Made by a program: the position numbers and the translations under genes. The notes beneath the pieces were generated by a model. The model did not search any database. It was not told the DNA's origin and saw only the letters and a list, made by a program, of their open reading frames with translations. Of a stretch of 64,000 bases of DNA, positions 49,086-63,297 are shown piece by piece (position 1 is the first letter of the stretch; the number at the start of each line of letters is the position of its first letter). The DNA lies in contig OX597814.1 in assembly GCA_951406725.2 (NCBI GenBank), positions 109,926,001 through 109,990,000 of the forward strand. The letters run 5' to 3'. Origin of the DNA: Octopus vulgaris. Taxonomy: Eukaryota.

Positions 49086-52000
49086 ATCCTCTGTGTTTTT
49101 TAACCAGATTCTATTACAAACAATGGATATTCTGAAAAAAAAACAGAACAAACCTGCCATGCTGTGTATGTATTCTTCGCCTGCAACTATAACAAATAGA
49201 CTAAGATATTTAGCCTGGTTGTAAAAAACTCAAGATCTTAACACTTAAGCATTTAAACCAGTAAGATCTGGCACTAATAGTCTACCTGCTTTATGTTCAC
49301 ACCAGGTGTGAGAGGCCAGATCTGGCCTCTCAAACCTACTCTACAATGTCATTCAAAAAATAAACATTCACATCATCGAAATCTCAAAGCTCCAAGATAT
49401 TGCATAATTAATTCAAAACAATGTGAATAAATAAGCACTACATTTGACAGAGTCTGAATTTGAACGGCAAAGGGTTAAATAATTTTGTTCACAGCAATCA
49501 TAGCCAAGAAGTGGAAAAACCACAATTTAAGAGTCACTACAGACATCAAATCAGAAAGTAATTTTTGATGACCATTATAAATATAAGATCTTTGCCTTGG
49601 CCTGCATCTGATTAGGTCCATTAGCACTGATTGATACCTTTAATAAATGTCTGTCGGATTTTAAAAATTTATCATAAGCTGTGCAGCAGTGAAGAAGTAG
49701 AGTAACAAATGGTATTCAAGAAACCAGAGTGTACCAACATGTGGCTACAACTTGTTTAAAGTGAAGAATAAACTGGAATTCCTACTCTTGTAAATGTTTT
49801 TCGTTTTCTTTTTTTCGTTAGCAATCAGTGTGCATGAGTTGGCTGTCTGTATGTCTCATCTTCTTGAAGGTAGGACTCACACACACAACTGCATCACACT
49901 AACACTACTACTACTGGTGGTGGTGGTGGTGGTGCTGATGATGATGATGAGGAGGAGGAGGAGGAGGAGGACGATGACGACGCTGCTGCTGCTATGACAG
50001 CTCAAGTTTGCTTGAAACTGACCTATTAAACTCATATCTTCCATATCTGTAGACTCCAATGTTTCTGAGAAAAACACTAACTTTCTATGATACATCATCA
50101 TCATCATCATCATCATTTGACGTCTGTTTTCCATGCTAGCATGGGTTGGACGATTTTGACTGAGGTCTGGTGAACCAAATAGCTGCACTAGACTCCAATC
50201 TTGATCTGGCAGAGTTTCTACAGCTGGATGCCCTTCCTAATGCCAACTACTTTTACATGCCACCGGCACCAGGGCCAATCAGGCAGTACTGGCAACAGCC
50301 ACGCTCAAATGGTGCTTTTTAAGTGCCACCTGCACAGGAGCCAGTCCAGTGGTACTGGCAATGACCTTGCTTGAATGTTTTTTCATGTGCCACCAGCACA
50401 AGTGCTAGCAACGCGATGCAGGTAATGTTTTTAACAAGCCATCGGCACGGAGGCCAGCTTGTTGCTCTGGCAACGATCATACATTTACAATGTACCGTGA
50501 GTAATATATTTAAATCCTTTAAGGTGGCAAATTGGTAGAATCATTACCACACAAGGCAAACTAATTAGCAGCATTTTGTCCATCTTTACTTTCTCAATTC
50601 AAATGTCGCCAAGGTTGACTTGACCTTTTGTTCTTTCAGGGTTGATAAAATAAATACCAGCTGGATGCAGGGATCAATGTGATTGACTTATCCTCAGCCC
50701 TGAAATTGCTGGCCTTGGGCCAAAATTCGAAACCATTATTAATATATATAAGGGTAACGAGCTGCTAGAATCGTTAGCCTGTCGGGCAAATTGCTTGGTG
50801 GCATGTTGTCTGTCCATACTTTCCGAGTTCAAATTCCACTGAGGTCAGCTAACTTTCATTCTTTTGGGGTCAATAAAAGAAGTTATAGTTGAACACTGGG
50901 GTTGATGTAATTTATTTATCCCCTACCCCAAAATTGCTAGTCTTGTGCCAAAATTTGAAATAAATATACTTATATCCTTAATGTTTTATATAAAACACCC
51001 TCTCATACCCTTATTTTCTTTAATACAATATCTTCTATATTTATAATACTTCATCTTACACACACCCCTTACACATTCGCCCATTCTTTATAATGCATTC
51101 TCTAATTCACTAACTCTTCTATTTCCTATATTCCATTGGCAGAGTCATTGGAGAGCTGGGAAAATACGTTACAGTATTTGTTCCACTTCCCTGCACTCTG
51201 AGTTCAAATCCTGCCAAGATCAATATTGGCTTTCATCTCCCTGGGACTCTGTTGATGGTAGATTAATGGAATTATCAAAGCATCAACACTCTGCTCTTTT
51301 GTTTGTCTCAAGGCCTTGTCTCTCCGTCTGTCAATCTGAAGATTCACCATTTGTTAACCTTTCTATTTGTCTGGTTATATCAGTTGTTTACAACTAAAGC
51401 TTGTATGACCCGTGGGGGCCACATAAGATTTTAAACACCAATAAATTGGGGTTATACTTCTACAATACACTAAATATTTTAACAATTGTCTTTTTATGCA
51501 ATTCCTAATAATATGACGTGGTCAATGCCAGGTCCGCCTGACTGGCTCCCATGCCAGTGGCACATAAAAAGCACCATTCAAACATGGCCGATGCCAGTAA
51601 CCTCTGACTGGCCCCCGTGCCGATGGCACATAAAAAGCACTATCCGAACATGATCGATACCAGGTCTGCCTGACTGGCTCCTGTGCTGGTGGCACATAAA
51701 ACGCACCATCCGAACATGGCCGATGCCAGTACCCTCTGATTGGCCCCCATGCCAGTGGCACGTAAAAAGTATTATCCGAACATGATCGATGCCAGGACTG
51801 CCTCAGAGTGGTTGGCATTAGGAAGGGCATCCAGCTGTAGAAACACTGCCAGATTAGATTGGAGCCTGGTGCAGCCTCCTGGCTCTCCACACCTCAGTCA
51901 AACTGTCCAACTCATGGCAGCATGGAAAATGGACATTAAATGATGATGATAACAGGATTTTTAAAATATGGAATCGCTATGAGGGTCCATTCAGTTAGAA

Positions 52001-52326
52001 TAGGAATCAAAGGCGTCCATAGATCAAAAGAATGGTTGACAATCAATGATCTATCTCAAGAGCCTGGTTCTTCATGTTCTGATAGCAATGTATGTCGTAT
52101 CATTAATATCAATTGCACCAGTTGTTGCCTCTTCCTTGAATGGAGAGGGGAAACCTGCAATCAACTATTGATCTTCCATAAAAAGAAAAATCCCTACCCA
52201 GGCCAGAACTGGAGACAGGGAACTTCAAATTGTAGAACCATGATTTTACAAGACATAGGTAGAACCCGTTCCCCCACCAAAACCAGATATGTCATAGATT
52301 TTCTAATATGCTCCATTATACCTTTA

Positions 52327-53586
52327 AGAGGGGTTTTCATTAAAGATTTCCCCTGACCCATTTATGGTAATCACAGTATACAGAATTTGCACAGGTATGA
52401 TCATACATGTCTCTACATGTCACATTGTAAATTGCAGCTTCCCACTAGTATTCATTTATTTTTTACGGCTGCTGAAATGGACTAAGATGTTATAATGGAG
52501 GCAGTTGAATGCAGGTCAGTGATCAGGTTCTTATACTTGAAAGGTTGTACATCAAAAGGGACTTTCAATGAGATGAAAGTTTATGATGATGATGCACCAT
52601 CATACATCGTAGTCAAGCACTGGCATCGCCAATTCAAATGTGGTCGGACATTGGTGGAAACTGCTCCTATTCCTGGATAACCACATTCCACCATTGATGA
52701 CGACACCATCCACAAAGTGGAAGCCGCCATTTTGGAGGATTGCCTCATAACTATTCAGCAACTAGCCCAAGAAGTGAAGATGAGTCTAAGGTCCGAGGAA
52801 AAAAATCATTCACAACCATTTGCACATGTGGAAGTTGTTTGTGTGATGGATTCTCCAGAAGCAGGAATGAGTCAATCGTTCCCAGGTGCTTTTGGCAATG
52901 GGCCAAGAAAACAAGGACATTTTCGGCAGACTTATCATGTAGGATAAAACATGGGTCCATCACTATGATCCTGAGACTAAAGTCCAGTCAGAGCAATGGA
53001 AGCATTAATAACTCACCACCTCCTAAGAAGACTCGTGTCCAAAGCTCAGCAGGCAAGGTGATGCTCACTGTTTTTTTGGGACCAGTGTGGATTTTCTGGA
53101 AAAGGGCACCACAATTAACAGGGCATATTATGCTTCTCTGCTGCTGAAATTGCAGGATGCCATCAAAGCAAAGAGGCGTGGCATGCTAACGAAAGGAGTC
53201 CACCTTCTCCAAAACAATGCCCCAGTTCACAATGCACGTGTCACCCAGATGAAAGCACATTCCTGTGGCTGTGAAATCCTTCCTCATCCCTCTTACTCTC
53301 CTGACTTCGCACCATCTGATTTTCACCTCTTTCCAACCATGAAGTCTTTTTTTGAAGAGGAAGCACTTTTCGGATGATGATGAACTTATTTCCAAAGTAA
53401 AGTCTTGGCTCCAGATGCAACCTACCGACTTCTACAGACAAGGTCTTCACAGCTGCTTAAATTAATGGGAGAAGTGTGTCACCATTGGTGGTGACTATGT
53501 AGAGAAGGACTAATAATTATGCCAAGTTTCATTTGTCCCAGTCCTTGGGAAGAGAGTCAGGAGAAATCTTTAATGAATACTCCTTG
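52327..53586 (+). mobile_element. Full-length but degenerate mariner transposon (~1.26 kb)
   Basis: TA-flanked TIRs (gaggggttttcattaaagatttcccctgac / gtcaggagaaatctttaatgaatactccttg). Frameshifted transposase: RSVIRFLYLKG, WVHHYDPE, SAGKVMLTVF, NNAPVH, HPSYSPDFAPSDFHLF. Confidence 0.9.
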
Positions 53587-56500
53587 TACATAACACATTT
53601 CATAACACAGTTGTCCATCCATATACTGTAATACATTCTGTTGTACATTGTGTCATACATCACTGTATATAATATTACAGGTACAGACATGACTGAGTGG
53701 TTAAGAAAGTTCATTTCACAACCACAGGATTTCAGGTTCGGTTCCATTGTACAGCTCGCCAGAGTGACCATTACCTTCTGATTGAACTTGATAGACGGAA
53801 ACTGTGCAGAAGCCTGTATGATATACATATGTGTGTGTTTGTGTGCCTGAATGTGTATGCATATGTGCATGCATGTGTGTACATGAGTGTGTGACTGTCT
53901 TTGTGTTTGTGTTTGCCCTTCAATTCTTCAGTCACGTTCGAATGGTGTTTTTTACATGCCACCCACATGAATGCCAGTCAGGTGGGACTGCCATCAGTCA
54001 TGCTTGAATGGTGCTTTTAAAATGCCAGTGGCACGGGTGCCAGTCAGGTGGCACTGGCATCAGCCATGCTCAAATGGTGCTTTTTACATGCCAACGGCAC
54101 GAGTGCCAGTCAGGCGGCACTGACATCAGCCATGCTTGAATGGTGCTTTTTACATGTCACTGGCACAGGTGCCAGTCAGGCGGCACTGGCATCAGCCACA
54201 CTTGAATGGTGCATTTAAAATTCCACTGGCATGAGTGCCAATCAGGTGGCACTGGCATTAGCCATACTCAAATGGTGCTTTTTACATGTCACCAGCATAG
54301 GTGCCAGTCAGGCAGCACTGGCATTGGTCATGCTCTAATGGTACTTTTTACATGTTACTCACACAGATGCCATTCAGGCAGCATTGGCATCATCCATGCT
54401 CGAATGGTGCTTTTTATGTGCCAGTCAGGCGGCACTGACATCAGCCATGCTCAAATGGTGGTTTATACGTGACAGTCAGGTGGCACTGGCACCATGTCAC
54501 TGATATTTCACTGTTTGTGAATGTATTCTTTGATTAGGTATGGAGTATGTATTTGCTGTGGAGGTGCATGTCTTAGTGGTTCAGGTATTAACCTCATAAT
54601 TTCTAGGTTGTGAGTTTAGTTCCCAGTGGTGTGTTATTTATTCCACGTTGCTCCAGTCTGGTCAGCTAGTAAAAATGAGTTGTATCTGTATTTGAAAGGG
54701 CCAGCCTTGGCATATCTGGTGCATGATGTTGAATCTCCTTAAGAACTGTGTTAAGGGCATGCATGTCTGTGGAGTGCTCAACCCCTTACACATTAATTTC
54801 ATGAGCAAGCTGTTCCATTGGTCAGCTCAAGTGAACCACTGATTGTCCTAACCAGTGGAGTACCAATGGTTTTGCTGCTGTTCTTTGTCTGTTAACCTGT
54901 AAGATGTTAAAGCATTTTTCACCACACATTCTACTTTCTCTTATGCTCCTATAATTCTTCTATAAACTCAAGCCTTTCTTACTGTAGGAATTTATTTCTC
55001 TCTTAAAATTCAACCTTCTGTCAGTTCTTCATGTGATTCCATGATAATTTTGCCCAAACATATTATCTTCCTGACATTAAATATATGAATAGCAGATGTT
55101 TGTTTCTGCCAAGTGGAAGGTCATATCCTGTCAACGACATTGTTTATCATCAATGAACCATGAGAGATGATCTTCAGTTTTCTGTTGGCTTTTGTCTTTA
55201 GCTATAATTTACATAACCCTTAAAGGAAGTATTTGTCTACTTAGTTCCTGGTGACATTTAAGATAGATGGAGGATGTATGTGGATGCAAGTGTGTATGTG
55301 TGTCTATGAGTATATATACATATATATATATATGTACATGTATGCAAATATATACTTGTATTCTTTTATTCTTTGACTCTTTTACTTGTTTCAGTCATTT
55401 GATTGTGGCCATGCTGGAGCAATGCCTTTAGTCGAACAAATCGACCCCAGGATATATTCTTTGTAAGCCTTGTACATACTCTATTGGTCTCTTTTTGCTG
55501 AACTGCTAAGTAACAGGTAGATTTCTCAATAGTTCAGCGTGTGTGTGTGTGTGAGTGATTCATTCCTTCCTGTTTTCAATCACTTGAAGTTTTCTCCACT
55601 GTTGGAATGCAGATAACAAAAACAAGGTGTCTGAAAAAAATCTTGAATAATTTTATTGTTCCACATATAGATTGTATTCATAGCACAAATATGCATGCAT
55701 GCGCATACACAACATGTATATCTGCATCTATGTATATGTGTATGCATGGCCTTGAGTAGCCAGTAACACATATATATTTTTTTAGGCAACAAAATTCTGA
55801 AAAATTTACTTCCTTTTATTTCATTGAATAAAAAACTCTAGTGATGGTGTCATGCAAAAAACACTGGAGATTGTAGCCCATAAAAAGCCCCCAGTACACT
55901 CTGTAAAGTGGTTGACATTAGGTAGGGCATCCAGCTGTAGCAACCTTGCTAAAACAGACAATTGGGGCCTGGTGCAGGTCTCTGACCAGCCAGTTCTTGT
56001 AAAACAGTCCAACCCATGCCAGCATAGAAAAACAGATGTTAAATAATGATGATGATTAACATGTATACTTGACATGACACTCTGAAAGACATTGGGTTGT
56101 GAAGGGTTGAAATTTAGGTTAAGAATTTAGCGAGGAAATGACAAATGGCATATTTGAGGTCAAAGCAATGACAAGATTCTATTATTATTCGTCTTTCTTG
56201 TAGAATTCAAAAACAGAAAGAACTGAATAATTCAATATTCTTTCATATTTTTCAAATTCATTAAAATGAATAAAAAGAAAGAATTTTTTCTTGTTGATTT
56301 ATTTATTTTTGTTTGTTTTAAAAACTGGATTTCGGAATCTGTCCATTTCCAAAAATAACTGGGAGTGGAACAACTTGTTTTTATGAATGGCTGCTTAATT
56401 AACTCTGGAAATCTCTGTCATCATATTGTGTTGAGTGGAAGCGTTGTCTTTGTAAATTACTGCTGTTTCCTGTACTTAAATTGATGATGGAATTTTCTGA

Positions 56501-56990
56501 AACAAATAATATTGGATGTTTTAATAATACTTTCAGACAAAGTTGAGACCATCCTTCCTCCTGTACTCTGGTGATTAAGTACACAGACACACACTTCAAT
56601 TCATGCAGACACACATACACACACATACACAAACACACGCATATACATGCACATACAACATACACACAACAGACATATACACACACACATATTTTGCCTT
56701 TCATCCATTACTTGTTTCAGTCGTTAGACTGCGGCCATGCTGGGGCATTGCTGTTAAATATTTCAGTAGGATGAATTGACTCCAGCACATATCTTTTAAG
56801 CCTGGTACTTATTTTATCAGTCTCTTTTGCTGAACCGCTAAGTTGCGATGATGTAAACACACCAACACCAGTTGTCAAGCACTGGTTGGGGAGAAAGACA
56901 GACACAATAACACACACACACACACACATATATGATATATATATATATAAATATATAATCAAAATAAGCAACAAGGATATTCAGAGGTAA

Positions 56991-57078
56991 TACAGTATGA
57001 TCGTTTCATGCGACGCCATTTAATTAAACAATGCAAGTATTACATCAGTTTTAAAATGTAGAGCAATCTTCAGCTGCA
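56991..57078 (-). ncRNA. Hammerhead motif with a long (~57-nt) stem II insertion
   Basis: TGCAG-CTGAAGA-ttgc...gcat-GAAA-CGATCA-TA-CTGTA. Stem I is TGCAG/CTGTA. Confidence 0.5.
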
Positions 57079-57199
57079 TAAAAATATAGAATTTAGTTAA
57101 ATTCAAGGGATTCATTTGTATAGTTATTCTATTAACCAAAATCACAGAGGATAAGTAGATAGACAAAGGACATGTTTCATCAACATCATAGTAGTAACT

Positions 57200-60055
57200 G
57201 ATATTTTTTCCCATATATATATGATAAAGCAAAGAAATAGACTTGGAAGGCCTGGAAGAGTGAGGGTAACAGGAGAATGTATCAGATAGCCAAAAGCTAT
57301 ATATAGCCAAAGGTATGTATAGCTAAGGAAGCAGAAAAGAAGAAGAAGCTTGCCAATGTTCAGCAATGTGAGGAGCAAAGAACTGAAGTATTTCGGATTG
57401 CAAGACTGTGTGTGAGAGAAAACCATGATGTCATATGAGAGAAGTGTGTCCGCATGGATGATGGTGCCCTTGTGTTTAATGATTCTGCAAAGAAAAAGGC
57501 TTGGAGATGCCATTATGCAAGACTGCTGAACGTGGAGAATGAATGGGAGGAGGAGAGTCTGCCAAAGGTTGACCCAATTGAGGGACCAACTACCTGAATT
57601 GACAGTACTTGGTAGATAAAGCAATTAAGGATATGAAGACAGAGAAAGCATCTGGCCCATCAGGAATCACTGCTGGGATGCTTAAAATATTGGGTGGTGT
57701 GGGTTATGGTCTTGTCATGCACATCGTAAATCAGGAGGTTCATGAAGGAGTCATACCCCATGACTGGTGTAGCAGCTCCATAGTCAACTGCTAGAAAGAT
57801 AAAGGTGATGCTTCAGATAGAAATAACTAATAAGGCGGTGAGCTGGCAGAAACATTAGCAGGCCGAGCGAAATGCTTAGTGGTATTTCATCTACCACTAC
57901 GTTCTGAATTCAAATTCCGCCGAGGTCAACTTTACCTTTCATCCTTTCAGGGTCGATTAAATAAGTACCAGTTATGCACTGGGGTCATTATAATTGACTT
58001 AATCCGTTTGTCTGTCCTTGTTTGTCCCCTCTGTGTGTAGCCCCTTGTGGGTAGTAAAGAAATAAGAAATAACTACAGGGGTATCAAATTATTGGATTAG
58101 GTGATGAAAGTTACAGAGAGGATCACAGCCCAACTAATTAGGGAGAGTGTTAGCCTAGATGAGATGCAATTCGGTTTTGTGCCAGGTAGAAGCACCACTG
58201 ATGCTATATTTCTGGTAAGGCAACTGCAGGAAAAATACCTAGCCAAAGATAAACCTCTGTACTTGGCTTTTGTTATCTTGGAGAAAGCCTTTGACAGGAT
58301 CCCCCGATCCCTTCTCTGGTGGTCAGTGCAGAAACTGGGGATAGATAAGTTGTTGGTAAGAGCTGTACAATCCCTGTATAGGGATGCTGTCAGTAAAGTG
58401 AGGTTTGGCAACGAATATAGTGATGAATTCTGAGTAGAAGTAAGGGTTCACCAAGGATCAGTCCTCAGCCCCCTCTTGTTCATTATAATGCTCCAGGCAA
58501 TAACAGAGGAAATCAAGACAGGCTGCCCCTGGGAGCTCCTCTATGCTGGTGACCTTACTCTAATAACTGAGTAACTGCCAGAACAAGAGATGAAGTTTAG
58601 GTTGTGGAAGCAAGGTCTAGAATCAAAGGGCCTAGCAAAAACCAAAGCCTTAGTGAGTAGGAAGGATGTCAAATCACAAACCCCTTCAGGTAGATGGTCC
58701 TGCTCAATCTGTAGAAAAAACTTAGGTAGAAACACATAAAAGGTGCAGCAGTATCAAAGGAAGGTTAACTGGGAAGATAGCTTTTGTGTGTGGCAGATAC
58801 ACAAGGGCAATAAAAACTTAAGATTTACAGAAAACAGATTCCATCACATACCAGAGGGAGAAACTAGAAGTAGTTAATAGCTTCCAAGTCTGTAGTGGGG
58901 GTGGTTGCTCTAAGAGTGTAGTGGCTTGAATAAGAATAACTTGGGCAAAGTTCAGGGAGCTCCTACCTCTGCTGGCAACTAAGGGCCTCTCGCTCAGGAT
59001 GAAAGTTAGACTGTATGCGGCATGTGTGTGAACTGCCATGCTACATGGCAGTGAAACATGGGCCATGAGTGCTGAGAACATGTGTAAGCTTGAAAGAAAT
59101 GAAGCTGGTATGATCCGCTGGATGTATAATGTTAGTGTGCAAACACGACAATGTGAGTACCATGAGAGAAAAGTTGGACATAAGAAGCATTAAATGTGGT
59201 TTGCAAGAGAGACAACTGTGCTGGTATGGTCATGTATTAGATATGAATGAGGACATCTGTGTGAGGAAGTGCCACAGCCTAACTGTAGAAGGAACCTGTA
59301 GAAGAGGTAGATCCAGGAAGACATGGGATGAGATGGTAAAGCATGACCTTCGAACATTGAGCTTCACAGAAGCAATGACAGGAGACCGTGTGCTTGAGAA
59401 GACCCAACAACTAAAGTGAGATCACAGCCATGCATGTCCAGCCCAGTTAAGAATACCCCTGATGCGTCAGAAAATACAATATGCTTGAGAAGACCTGTTG
59501 AGTCAAGTAAAACCAAAATCGTTGCTGTGGCCAGTTCCCCCTTACTGGTTCCCCTGTCAATGGCATGTAAAAAGTAGCATCCAAACGTGGTTAATATCAG
59601 GTCTGCCTGACTGACTCCTGTGTCGGTGGAACATACAAAGCACTATCCAAGCATGGCCAATGCCAGGTACCCACTGACTGGCTCCTATGCCGGTGACATG
59701 TAAAATGCACTATCTTAGTGTAATTAACGCCAGGACTGCCTGGCTGGCCCCCATGCTGGTGGTACATAAAAAGCACTATCCAAATATGGCTGATGCCAGT
59801 ACCCGCTGACTAGCTCCTGTGCCGGTGGCACATAAAAAACACTGTCCAAACATGATCGATGCCAGGCCTGCCTGACTGGCTCCTGTGCCAGTGGCACATA
59901 AAATGCACCCACTACATTGGCGTTAGGCAGGGCATTTAGCTGTAGAAGCCTTGCCAGATTTAGATTGGAGCCTTGTGGTTGCCACTGGCTCTCCAGACCT
60001 CAGTCCAACCTATGCCAGCATGGAAAACAGATTTTAAACAATGATGATGATGATG
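57200..60055 (+). mobile_element. Second, decayed 5'-truncated RTE LINE copy with 3' UTR repeats and (GAT)n tail
   Basis: Colinear with 27120-30178 (MKVTERI..FGFVPGRSTTDAIF.., GRWSCSICRK), with many stops and frameshifts. Confidence 0.92.
57830..58064 (+). mobile_element. SINE family A inserted in the RTE copy with an 11-bp TSD
   Basis: TSD agaaataacta at 57819-57829 and 58065-58075. Confidence 0.92.
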
Positions 60056-60202
60056 GGCTTCTTTCAGTTTCCAACTACCAAGTCCACTTTCAGGCTTATT
60101 GTAGAAGACACTTGCCCAAGATGCCACACAGTGGGACTGAAACCGGAACCATGTCGCTAGGAAGCAAACTTCTATCTATGTTTGTACCTATCTATCTATC
60201 TA

Positions 60203-60346
<144 letters not shown>

Positions 60347-60547
60347 GAGTTTGTATGATTGTGTATAGAGGAATATATATTATTAAAAGAAATTCCAACT
60401 CTGTTTTTTATGTTTTATTTATATTCTTTAAAATATTAATGTAGAATATAGAATATATAGTATAAATAATATATATATAGTAAAATGAAATGAAGTATTG
60501 ATTGTCTTATTGAATAGATGAAATGTTGAATATAAAATATTAGGGGA

Positions 60548-60606
<59 letters not shown>

Positions 60607-60702
60607 CATATAGGTGAAATGTACAGAAAAGCAAAATATGAAGACAGGTGTATGAACAACAAGCAGACGTATTAGTTTGATACTCAGGAAAGTGATAAAG
60701 TG

Positions 60703-60736
60703 TTTTACATTTTGAGCATATGCTCTTCATCAGAAA
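60703..60736 (-). ncRNA. Minimal hammerhead motif, CpG-decayed (Penelope-terminus type)
   Basis: TTT-CTGATGA-A-GAGC-atat-GCTC-aAAA-TG-TA-AAA. Confidence 0.5.
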
Positions 60737-61789
60737 GGAATAAGAGAAAATAAACAGAATGAGAATAAAAGAACTTGTGGGTTTAGCGATCAAGCATGTG
60801 ACTCTGTGTGTGTGTGTGTGTGTGTGCGTGTGTGTGTGTGCGTGTATGTATGCGTGTACACAAGTGTGTGTACACACACACACATACACACACATGCCAC
60901 ATGTTTGACACAACGCCAGATGCAATAGTAAATTCTGAGCTTCATTGCCTTACACAGTATTTTGCTCTTTTCTCAATAATGGTTTTCTTCCAGAAGATTA
61001 ATTCCATACTAAAATGGAAATTCCGGCTGTTAATTCAAATTGGACAAAATTTCCAACATGACAACTCTTCTATTAGGAATTTCATTTGCTCTTATTATTT
61101 GTTCTGTTGCTTGGCATTTATTAGTCTGGTCTGGTCTGGTCTGTGATGGTGACTGATTGAGTCAATGAATGAAAATATATTTCTTCGGCTGTGAGAAGAA
61201 ATAGCTGAATGACACCCACAAATATTTAACAGAAGATTTTATTGTTGCACATCAAGACAAGCTGTGTTGGTCTTTTACAAAGAAACAACAGCAATTATTG
61301 CATCCTGAGAGAGAAGGAAAAACTGAGCTACGTTCAAAGAAATTATTTATGAGATGTTGTGTGAATGTTTTTTTCGGTCTGTCCAAGAACCTGGAGATGT
61401 CTGTGCAAATATCTGGAACCGTCTAATGTGACAGGAATGGAGGCACATTTCACTTGGCTGCCTCAACATTCTGCAGTTAATTACCACCTAATGCAGCCTT
61501 TTATAGAACACAAGAAGAAGGTTCTAGAAGATTGAATCATGTGATGGCTTGCTGCTGATTGGTTGCTTAATAAGCCAATCATATGAAATGGTTGTGATGT
61601 CTAATTGGTTATCCAGGGAATCAGTTTCAAATTGCTGCTAAAGTTCAAACCCTAAAACAATTCCCACACAACCTTTTCCATATTTTACCAACATTTCAAA
61701 TATTTCATGTTATTCGTCTCCTTTGCCTCTTGTTTTGGATTTAAAATGTTTTTAGAAGGAGGGATTTCTTTTCTAATAAATATACATAC

Positions 61790-62180
61790 AGGAGTGGCTG
61801 TGTGGTAAGTAGCTTGCTTACCAACCACATGGTTCCGGGTTCAGTCCCACTGCATAGCACCTTGGACAAGTGTCTTCTACTAAAGCCTCAGACCAACTAA
61901 AGCCTTGTAAGTGGATTTGGTAGATGGAAACTGAAAGAAGCCTGTTATATATATGTATATATGTGTGTGTGTGTGTATGTTTGTGTGTCTGTGTTTGTCC
62001 CCCAACATCGCTTAACAACCGATGCTGGTGTGTTTACATCCCCGTTACTTAGCGGTTCAGCAAAAGACACTGATAGAATAAGTACTAGGCTTACAAAGAA
62101 TAAGTCCTGGGGTCGATTTCTTCAACTAAAGGTGATGCTCCAGCATTGCCACAGTCAAATGACTGAAACAAGTAAAAGAG
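61790..62180 (+). mobile_element. SINE family B
   Basis: Complete copy. Confidence 0.88.
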
Positions 62181-62259
62181 TATACATATGTTCATACACA
62201 GATACATACATAGATATATACATACACACGCATGCATACTAACATACGTGTAAACATGT

Positions 62260-62472
62260 TTACTCTTTTACTTGTTTCAGTCATTTGACTGCGGCCATGT
62301 TGGAGCACCACCTTTAGTTGAAGAAATCGACCCCAGGACTTATACTTTGTAAGCCTAGTACTTATTCTATCGGTGTCTTTTGCTGAACTGCTAAGTTACA
62401 GGGACGTAAACACACCAGCATTGGTTGTCAAGCGATGTTGGGGGGCAAACACAGACACACAAACATACACAT

Positions 62473-62503
<31 letters not shown>

Positions 62504-62540
62504 GACATACATACATATGACAGGCTTCTTTCAGTTTCCA
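62260..62540 (-). mobile_element. SINE family B 3' part, inverted relative to its neighbour
   Basis: Reverse complement of ~61925-62180. Confidence 0.85.
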
Positions 62541-62867
62541 TATATGTGTATATATAAACACATACACGTTATCACTTTTCTTTTGTAATAACCTCTTCCT
62601 CCGTCTCTTATGCATTTATCAGGGTAACTGTGTGTATAGACTTGTGCATGTGTGTCTGTGTGTGTGTGTGTGTGAAAGTGTTTGTATTTAGAGAGTAAGA
62701 AAGTGAAGACATTCATGGTTGAGAGAGGGAAAACTTTTTATTACATACACCCACCCATGTACAAATGATGGATAAGTAAAAACAAGAAAAACAAGAACAA
62801 ATCACCAGAGGGACAAGTTTCCACAAAGGTCTTATTAGTCTGATGCTCAAAAAGTACAGTGCAAGGG

Positions 62868-62905
62868 TCTTTGACATTTTGGACATTAGTTCTTCATCAG
62901 AAAAA
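62868..62905 (-). ncRNA. Degenerate minimal hammerhead motif
   Basis: TTT-CTGATGA-A-GAAC-taat-GTCC-aAAA-TG-TC-AAA. Confidence 0.4.
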
Positions 62906-63207
62906 AGAAAAAAGGAGGGAAGATGGGGAAGAAAGATAAAAAAAATTAGGGGCCAAGTGGAAATTCAGTTCTCTAGGGAGGAGTTAGGAAGAGAGGAAGA
63001 GGTGGGGGTTTATGTGTATGTAAGAAAGTGCTGGGGTCAGGCATAGTGTGGGTGATAGTTAAGAGAGGATGGAAAAGAAATGAGAAAGAGAGGGGAGAAG
63101 AAAGAGATAAATGCTGAAAGGAGATTTCAGAGCAAAGAAGAATTGAGAGAACTGTCCCATTAGAAATATCTATGATAGATGAGCAAACAAGAAAATACAC
63201 AACCAAG

Positions 63208-63241
<34 letters not shown>

Positions 63242-63297
63242 GTATATATATATATATATAACTCTACTATTTCCCTCTAGTTAAACATCTCACACCA

